From Alphaproteobacteria bacterium (GTDB taxonomy: Bacteria > Pseudomonadota > Alphaproteobacteria > Bin98), in the NCBI GenBank assembly GCA_965261615.1, contig OZ253461.1:1395994-1459993 (forward strand): a stretch of DNA of 64,000 bases. Reading direction: 5' to 3'. Positions 17,819 through 24,362 of this stretch are shown piece after piece. The translations under genes were made by a program, and so were the position numbers. The stretch's first letter is position 1. Each line of letters begins with the position of its first letter. The notes under the pieces are model-generated. The model was not told the origin of the DNA. It worked only from the letters and a program-made list of their open reading frames with translations, and searched no databases.

Positions 17819-18508
17819 TCATAATATAAGCCGATGATATACATAAAACATGACTAGCACCCCGACACATAACGAGCTTATCGCAAAACTGACCCCCAAA
17901 ACTAGCCTCACAACCGAATGCACATGCGCAACACGATTCGGAGTGAATACCAAAAGCGCGCTGACGGCAAAGCCAAAAACAAACGCGCGTACACTGCTGA
18001 ATCCTATTGTCATTACAGGGGTATAAAGGCAAGGCAGACCGTAAAGTACAGATACACAAGCAGCCAGAGCAACATGTGTCCTCAGTTGAAGGTGCTTATA
18101 CAGAATATACATATCCGCTAAAATAACAGCACTATATCCATACAACGCAACCCCTTCAGAAAGGCACATAGCCGCAAAAACCCCAAAACCCACAGCCAAC
18201 CACATAAGCGCCGCTAACGCTAAAGAAGACCTTTTTGCCGCAACAGAAAAAGCGAGCAAAATTCCCACTCTTAGAACGACAGCTATCAACACGTGGCCCA
18301 ACTCTGCTGCCCACCACAAACCATACACCACCAATAAACACAAAGACAATGCCGACGTAGTATAGAGTTGAGAAAGCAAAAAACGCCTCCTAGAATAGAC
18401 CTGAACATACTGTCGCGGCCAGCCCTCATACCACCCATGCAAAACAGCAATCACGCCAGTATACAAAACTACAACCCCATAAAAGAGGCTAATGGAAGGC
18501 ATCACCAC
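17819..18508 (-). CDS. Membrane protein at the NuoH position (229 aa, no recognisable NuoH motifs)
   Basis: The call is positional, between nuoG and nuoI, and it overlaps the nuoG stop. It has about 7 hydrophobic segments. The canonical NuoH loop motifs were not found by eye. Confidence 0.3.
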   Translation of the reverse strand: MVMPSISLFYGVVVLYTGVIAVLHGWYEGWPRQYVQVYSRRRFLLSQLYTTSALSLCLLVVYGLWWAAELGHVLIAVVLRVGILLAFSVAAKRSSLALAALMWLAVGFGVFAAMCLSEGVALYGYSAVILADMYILYKHLQLRTHVALAACVSVLYGLPCLYTPVMTIGFSSVRAFVFGFAVSALLVFTPNRVAHVHSVVRLVLGVSFAISSLCVGVLVMFYVYHRLIL

Positions 18509-20574
18509 ACACCTCTTCTTTTCACTGCCGAGTCTTTATATATTTTTTGCATTTTGATGGAATTTTTCGCCACGATGTTGGGAACGCTCGAAGGATACTC
18601 TTCCGGAATCCAGGCGTCACTCAGCTGTATCACTGTACTCCCCAGTGACGATGAGCTCAATCGCTTTTCTCCCTTTTTTCCAAAGTGCGTTTCATATAAA
18701 CTTTGCACGTAACTTGTTAGCTGATCTCGACTACGCGCTTGATAATGCGAATTACATAAACGAATAATTTCCTGCAAAATCCAGACATCATCACGGACGT
18801 TGTGACGAGGGTTTGTCACTTTTTCAGTACACTTGAGCTGTCCTTCTGCATCAACATAAGAGCCCGCATGTTCTGTATGAACTTCACTAGGCATAATCAC
18901 TTGCGCTCCTCTGTATACGGCATCATCATGCGTACCCTGCAGCACCACCAATGTATCTTCACGCCAAAAACTCTTTTCTGGATAGTATCCAATACACCAT
19001 AGCCCCTTCAAGTAGCCTTGAGCAACTGCATCCTTAATCCCCGCGCTTGTAAGGCCTTGGTCTTGCGTAAGTGACTTTATATCCAAGCCCTGTATAGTGT
19101 TAGCGCAAAGTGGAACAAAAGCAATTGGCGCCCAATTGGCGGTTTGATTATAACGCGCGGCAATTTTGCGAATCATACCCCACACAATATTTGCATGTCC
19201 ATCACACACAACATGCTCCCCACAAATGAACAGAGGTTTTTTAGCATTACGTAACGCTGAGGCAAGAACGCCTCTTCCTTGCGCTAACTGCGTCAGGTGC
19301 AGCCGATCTCGCCCAACACACTGCGCATACTCCGTTGTTCCAAACGAGCCTAAGGAAAATATTGGCCCTCTCTTTTCATTACGATACCGCACCAACAGCG
19401 TGTGTAAAATAGGCATATCATAAAGCGGCGCCGCCCCCACAAGAATAATCGCATCCGCACACAATACTCTATCTAAGGGCCCTCCAAACGTATAATCTCG
19501 CGTTTCCTCTTGGAAAGTGGCGGGGTAATGTCCTGCATTAAGCGCACAATGCTTGATACCAACTTCTTGCATAAGAATCGACAAGGTCACCAACGTTTCT
19601 GCATCCACAAAGGGTCCCACAAGAACTCCAACGTTGCCCCAGCCAATTTTTTGAAATTGCTCCACAGCATAGGACAGAATACTCTCCCAACTCACGATTT
19701 TTCCAAAACCTTGCTCACGCACCTCTGGGGCTTGCACTCGATTTAAAACCAAACCATCCAAAGAAAAGCGAGCCCTATTGGACAACCATCGATATGGCAC
19801 TTTCTGAGGAGGCCTCACATCAACTATATAGCTTTCAAAGCGACGCCACACCAAAGGCGTTAGGGCAGCATCTTGCAGATCAAATCCAGGCACCTCCTGC
19901 ATCACGGAGCCAGACCACACTCTATCCGGCACAAGCGCACCCGACGGACAAATTTCCAGCAAGTTTCCTGAAAACACGGAAGGCGCATTCTGCTCTCCCA
20001 AGACACTCACGCCAGTGTCGCGTGAAAGCTCAAGCATCGGAAGGCCTACATTATTTTTATAAAACTCCACGCAAAGCTGACAGTGCATGCATCGCGTTGG
20101 AACCGCGCGCATTACAACATCCAAAGGCGCAGGCGGTGTCATGGACTCGTCCCTCACTCGCTGCTCACCACACGCTTTGTTGTTAGCCACTGCATTACCC
20201 AGCATATGATTATATTTTTTTTCTGACAAAGCGGCATCATTGGGCTGGTTACTAGCAATCAAGATCAACGCCTTTTGTCGAGCAGTCATTGCATCTTTAT
20301 GCTTTATAGAAACCTTTACGCCAGGCATATTGGCCATAGTGCATGCTAACAGCACCTTTTTTGACCGCATGCAGTATACGTGACAAGCACCTGCACACGA
20401 AGGGGCCTCTAACTCGTTGTAAAAACAAAAGTTTGGCAAAACTCCTTTAGCTTGCAGAGCAGACCCCAGCCGCTTCAAGTCCTCTCTAACAACCACAGGT
20501 TTTCCATCAATATATACAGTATGCTTCACAACAAATCTATCTCCGAAAGCCCTAGCAACCCCTTTGTCACCCAC
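18502..20574 (-). CDS. nuoG: NADH-quinone oxidoreductase subunit G-like (divergent)
   Basis: N-terminal 2Fe-2S-like Cys cluster (FCFYNELEAPSCAGACHVYC), RCMHCQLCVEF plus ICPSGAL (N4-type 4Fe-4S), then a molybdopterin-oxidoreductase-like body. The HxxxCxxCxxxxxC (N5) segment is replaced by NQPNDAALSEKKYNH. Confidence 0.72.
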   Translation of the reverse strand: MGDKGVARAFGDRFVVKHTVYIDGKPVVVREDLKRLGSALQAKGVLPNFCFYNELEAPSCAGACHVYCMRSKKVLLACTMANMPGVKVSIKHKDAMTARQKALILIASNQPNDAALSEKKYNHMLGNAVANNKACGEQRVRDESMTPPAPLDVVMRAVPTRCMHCQLCVEFYKNNVGLPMLELSRDTGVSVLGEQNAPSVFSGNLLEICPSGALVPDRVWSGSVMQEVPGFDLQDAALTPLVWRRFESYIVDVRPPQKVPYRWLSNRARFSLDGLVLNRVQAPEVREQGFGKIVSWESILSYAVEQFQKIGWGNVGVLVGPFVDAETLVTLSILMQEVGIKHCALNAGHYPATFQEETRDYTFGGPLDRVLCADAIILVGAAPLYDMPILHTLLVRYRNEKRGPIFSLGSFGTTEYAQCVGRDRLHLTQLAQGRGVLASALRNAKKPLFICGEHVVCDGHANIVWGMIRKIAARYNQTANWAPIAFVPLCANTIQGLDIKSLTQDQGLTSAGIKDAVAQGYLKGLWCIGYYPEKSFWREDTLVVLQGTHDDAVYRGAQVIMPSEVHTEHAGSYVDAEGQLKCTEKVTNPRHNVRDDVWILQEIIRLCNSHYQARSRDQLTSYVQSLYETHFGKKGEKRLSSSSLGSTVIQLSDAWIPEEYPSSVPNIVAKNSIKMQKIYKDSAVKRRGVW

Positions 20575-21674
20575 TTACTATACTGGCATATACACACATC
20601 ACGCGCCATGCGCGCCGCATATACAGCCGCGCCAACATCACCGCCATACAAGGCATTCTGCACTGCTGGCAACCCCTCACGGCATCCCACACAGTACCCA
20701 CTTCGCTCTTCCACCACAAAGTCCATAAACATTTGCACCATTCTCAGTAGGTCAGAAGATTTTGAAACTATCAAAATATCTCCCGACCGAATAGTCGTAT
20801 TAAGCTTTTGCATAGCGCTTTCACACAACACCGCTTTTTCCGCAACCGTTACCACGAGAGGTTTGGACAAAAGTCCTCCCGGAAATACACATCGAACATT
20901 AGACCATACACCCCTCACGCCACCTGCATATTTTTCAACCGCTGCCACCAAACCTTCTCCAACAGCAACCTCCACAACTTGCGGGTTAACGACCTCACCA
21001 CTTATAGCAACGATTTGCCGTGCATTTTTTTTCCACCAGTCGGCACCATTGACGCAGATAGTCGGGACACACAAGAAGGTTTCCGCAGCGCCCATAAGAA
21101 CTTTTTCGCCATAAAGTGTGCTCGGAGCAGGATTATGCACTTGATCGCTTTCTAAATGTCGCAACACCGCTTCATCTTCTGCTCCCCCCAAAAACCCTCC
21201 ACTTAATCGTATATGCACTAATATTTTCAGGGGAGACGCAGGTCCAATTACACCTCGCTCAATAGCCTGATCTCTTATTTGAACAAGTTTTTGATAATGC
21301 GCGATCAGTGCTCCATGTACAACTATACAAACATAGCGGGCTTTGACTGCAAGCGCCACTAATAGCGCCCCCTCCACGACGTTTTCTGGAGCCTGCCACA
21401 CAATAGCGGCCTCCTTTTTCTGCCCCCAAAAGCACTCCGCTGTATTAACTACAACACCTGCATAGTCTGATGTGGTGCGCAGTTTTTCTGAAAATTCCCC
21501 GCCACGCATACCACGATTCTCAAGCCCGCTGTTAACAAGCGTATCGTACACATAGTCCTTGCGTGTCATTAGCTTACGAAAAACCTCAAAGCCTTCTGGC
21601 GTAGCAAGCTGCGACAACATTTTCTTCATATCTACTAATCTTACCAACTTTCTGTTAGTAACTCCAGGGCACAA
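20526..21674 (-). CDS. nuoF: NADH-quinone oxidoreductase subunit F-like (divergent)
   Basis: Collinear with NuoF. NRGMRGGEFSEK stands for RGRGGAGFPTG, LSGGFLGGAEDEAV for GAGAYICGEETAL, and ERSGYCVGCREG for ESCGxCxPCREG. Confidence 0.72.
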   Translation of the reverse strand: MCPGVTNRKLVRLVDMKKMLSQLATPEGFEVFRKLMTRKDYVYDTLVNSGLENRGMRGGEFSEKLRTTSDYAGVVVNTAECFWGQKKEAAIVWQAPENVVEGALLVALAVKARYVCIVVHGALIAHYQKLVQIRDQAIERGVIGPASPLKILVHIRLSGGFLGGAEDEAVLRHLESDQVHNPAPSTLYGEKVLMGAAETFLCVPTICVNGADWWKKNARQIVAISGEVVNPQVVEVAVGEGLVAAVEKYAGGVRGVWSNVRCVFPGGLLSKPLVVTVAEKAVLCESAMQKLNTTIRSGDILIVSKSSDLLRMVQMFMDFVVEERSGYCVGCREGLPAVQNALYGGDVGAAVYAARMARDVCICQYSKWVTKGLLGLSEIDLL

Positions 21675-21682
21675 ACCCTCAC

Positions 21683-22099
21683 CTACACCTTAACTTTTTC
21701 ATCTTGAAGAAAAATAACTGGGCTGCTTTCGCACATCCCTAAGCAGCTATACTCTATGGATAGGTGCCCTAAATCAAGATGATCCCGCAGCCACTTTTGG
21801 TGTTTGTCTTTATTAGGACAAGAACTGCAGGTCATTCCGGCACAAACACGAACAACCGGCAACCCACCTGTATATCTCAAAGACGGGTTCTTTGCTATAC
21901 ATGCCCAAATCACTATAGGCTCTATTTGCAGCACTTCTGCAAGATTCAAAACCTGCTCTTCACAAATACCTAGGTCATTTTGCATTAATACTAAAATATC
22001 GTAAAGAATATTATCATCACGAGAAATTCTTTGCGTATTAACAATTTTATCCACTTTTTGTAAAAATGACTTCCACATACCCCTACCGATCCAGCTCAC
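21683..22099 (-). CDS. nuoE: NADH-quinone oxidoreductase subunit E-like (2Fe-2S thioredoxin-like ferredoxin)
   Basis: Cx4C...Cx3C pattern (VCAGMTCSSC ... SCLGMCESSP) and the correct position between nuoCD and nuoF. Confidence 0.7.
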   Translation of the reverse strand: MSWIGRGMWKSFLQKVDKIVNTQRISRDDNILYDILVLMQNDLGICEEQVLNLAEVLQIEPIVIWACIAKNPSLRYTGGLPVVRVCAGMTCSSCPNKDKHQKWLRDHLDLGHLSIEYSCLGMCESSPVIFLQDEKVKV

Positions 22100-23618
22100 T
22101 CATTGACAAACCCATAGACGCCGCCATGACAGGCAAATCTTCCTCTTCTACATCCTTTGCAAGAGAATTTATTAAAAAAGCAAGAGACAAGCTACTAGAG
22201 CGCATTTTCACACAAGAAGGGTAACTTCCTCCTCCCACCATAAGCATACTCACCACACCATTGGGTCCTTCCACGCAAGAGATGTGCTCTCCTTGATAAA
22301 AAATACCTTCTCGATAAAAATGCATATGCTGCATCATAGCTGTATTTTCTTGCCAAATCTTTTGATAGTCTGTCATAGCCCAACTTGTAGGGTTAGAAAA
22401 ATCAAGATCGGAGAGAGCAACAAGACCTTGGTTTAAGATACTTAAGCTTACTCGCACATCTTCAATCAACACTTGCGCACGAGTATATGCACACCCTTTC
22501 TCCTCCACAGGAAGGCTATACTGACACTCCACATAAGCGTCATAAGGCCTTTTCACACGCCAATCAAAGGCACAGCCGGTTGCGCGCAACACGGGGCCAG
22601 TCACGCCTAACGCAAGAGCTTCTTGGCTTCCGACAACACCAAGACCCGCCATCCTTTTGTGGACCATATCTCGAGAAAAAGCTTGTTGAACCTTTTGGAA
22701 AAATGTTGTAGCTACTTGCTCAAACTTTTGATGCAGGCTATATACATGCTCACTCATGGCGTGATGCACCCCGCCCGGACAAATAAAGTACCCTCGAAAC
22801 TCTGATTTAAGAGCTCCTAGCGCCCTCCGATAACTGCTATACAGATCCTCCCACCCAACACGACGACGATAACCAACACTCTCAAGAATTTGCATGAGGG
22901 TTGCTCCAGAGTAATAAATCCGAGATCCTTCTAACAGCACTATTCGTAACCATTTACTATATGGTGGCACTGTAATATTCAAACAGCCCTCCATATGCAA
23001 AGCGTAATTATGTTCATGAACAAAAGGCGTAGCAGCGCTCCAGCGCCCCATATACACCAACCCCTGAAGGTATGTTTTTGTGCGTAGGTGTTTTTCCCAC
23101 TGCCGTGCAAAAAAGCCAGGTTGCACATACGCACTCTTTATTTTTCCGTTCAGCTTTTGACCGCGCATAACACACACACCGCGCTCACTTGCATAAGGCC
23201 AAATCATTTTTTCAAACTCATTCTCTGCACACTCTCCTGGATAAAGGACGCTATGTTCCCACATATCCAAGAAGTTTACTTGATAACTTTCATACACCTC
23301 TTTTTGCAAGATTAAGGAGTTTTTGAAAAATGTATGCAGACTCACAATCGGAGCTCCAGACCATTTAAAACTTACACAATATATTTGTGCTGTAGCAGTT
23401 TCAAGAAACGTATAATACAAATAGCGACAATCCTCCTCTGCTCTTACCGCAATATCCAGCAAAAGATCCACTCCAATTTCAAGGCTTGTCAGCTTTTGGA
23501 TAACATCAAAAAACGACTTTTGCGCTATTCGCACAAATATATTATCTTGATGGGCAAACACACTCATTTTTTTATGATTTAAGCTTTTTATTGCTTTAAT
23601 TTTTATCGCAATCATCAA
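22083..23618 (-). CDS. nuoCD: Fused NuoC-NuoD subunit (divergent, 511 aa)
   Basis: The N-terminal third is NuoC-like (LILQKEVYESYQVNF resembles WxEREvxDmfGixF). The remainder is collinear with NuoD (GFFARQWEKHLRTKTYLQGLVYMGRW resembles GyLHRGxEKlxExxtyxQxxpyxDRl). The C-terminus MSELDR resembles the canonical ...GEVDR. Confidence 0.75.
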   Translation of the reverse strand: MMIAIKIKAIKSLNHKKMSVFAHQDNIFVRIAQKSFFDVIQKLTSLEIGVDLLLDIAVRAEEDCRYLYYTFLETATAQIYCVSFKWSGAPIVSLHTFFKNSLILQKEVYESYQVNFLDMWEHSVLYPGECAENEFEKMIWPYASERGVCVMRGQKLNGKIKSAYVQPGFFARQWEKHLRTKTYLQGLVYMGRWSAATPFVHEHNYALHMEGCLNITVPPYSKWLRIVLLEGSRIYYSGATLMQILESVGYRRRVGWEDLYSSYRRALGALKSEFRGYFICPGGVHHAMSEHVYSLHQKFEQVATTFFQKVQQAFSRDMVHKRMAGLGVVGSQEALALGVTGPVLRATGCAFDWRVKRPYDAYVECQYSLPVEEKGCAYTRAQVLIEDVRVSLSILNQGLVALSDLDFSNPTSWAMTDYQKIWQENTAMMQHMHFYREGIFYQGEHISCVEGPNGVVSMLMVGGGSYPSCVKMRSSSLSLAFLINSLAKDVEEEDLPVMAASMGLSMSELDR

Positions 23619-23628
23619 AAACTTCCTT

Positions 23629-23976
23629 TTATAGATAATTGGATAAATGCATAAGCATATTTTTCACGGTGTCCTGGCTTATCACACCTGTACGCCAAAT
23701 TAAATTAGGTTGAAACTCCCAACGTTCTCGACACGCCTCATCATCCATACCACAGGGAAGCGGAAGGCCTATGAGCCCCACAAGCTTAGGGTCTTGCAGC
23801 TGACTATACACTTTATGAAGCAAACCAACCATGCCTTTTGTGACCATACCAACCACGATCAAAACGTTTGCTTCAGAAGGCTGACAAATATTTCGCGGTA
23901 TCGAGTGCAACTCATCGCTTACCCCATTAAAAACAAATGGCACCAAAACCCCCCGGCGCACCGTTTTTTTAAACAT
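23629..23976 (-). CDS. nuoB: N-terminally truncated NuoB-like subunit (115 aa)
   Basis: PSEANVLIVVGMVTKGMVGLLHKVYSQLQDPKLVGLIGLPLPCG aligns with [44 protein letters not shown]. An in-frame stop at 24025-24027, with no ATG/GTG/TTG in between, rules out a longer N-terminus. Confidence 0.65.
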   Translation of the reverse strand: MFKKTVRRGVLVPFVFNGVSDELHSIPRNICQPSEANVLIVVGMVTKGMVGLLHKVYSQLQDPKLVGLIGLPLPCGMDDEACRERWEFQPNLIWRTGVISQDTVKNMLMHLSNYL

Positions 23977-24214
23977 GCTTTTTTTCCCCCAAAGACCATA
24001 GTTTATACACGGTGTATAAGAAAACTAAAACAGCAAGCAACCCCGTCAGTAGAGGAGTCGTTATTTCATGACAACCTATAAGGGCATAACTTATAAAGCC
24101 ACCTATTATAGAAAACACAACTGCAACTAGCATAATGGACCTTTCAAACATATCGCTCCTCCATCTAATTGTACCTAAAAAAAACACAAAAAGTGCAGTT
24201 TTTATAAAGTCCAA
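23969..24214 (-). CDS. nuoA: NuoA-position small membrane protein (81 aa, TTG start in the listed ORF)
   Basis: First ORF of the array, with two to three hydrophobic segments, overlapping nuoB by 8 nt. The assignment is positional only. Confidence 0.3.
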   Translation of the reverse strand: MDFIKTALFVFFLGTIRWRSDMFERSIMLVAVVFSIIGGFISYALIGCHEITTPLLTGLLAVLVFLYTVYKLWSLGEKKHV

Positions 24215-24235
24215 ACAACATTGGCCCAGGCGATT

Positions 24236-24263
24236 TTGACAAAAGTCTAGTCTATGCTATAAT
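24236..24263 (+). promoter_or_regulatory. Consensus sigma70 promoter TTGACA-16-TGcTATAAT for tRNA-fMet
   Basis: TTGACA lies at 24236-24241 and TATAAT at 24258-24263, preceded by TGc. The predicted TSS is about 24270, 3 nt before the tRNA. Confidence 0.65.
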
Positions 24264-24272
24264 CTATTGTGA

Positions 24273-24350
<78 letters not shown>

Positions 24351-24362
24351 ACTCACTAAACC

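Noticed and set aside
14108-18341. Nested or overlapping short ORFs within the nuo membrane-arm genes (for example 14108-14305, 15165-15401, 16138-16380, 16420-16731, 17811-18059, 18156-18341)
   Set aside because: They are alternative frames of longer hydrophobic ORFs. They are Cys/Arg-rich nonsense with no independent support.
13711-24214. Interpreting the whole nuo cluster as a string of pseudogenes
   Set aside because: Not adopted as the primary call. All 13 reading frames are uninterrupted over 10.5 kb, junctions are coupled, and several Fe-S motifs (NuoE, NuoI, N4 of NuoG) are perfectly retained. It remains the main alternative hypothesis to be tested.
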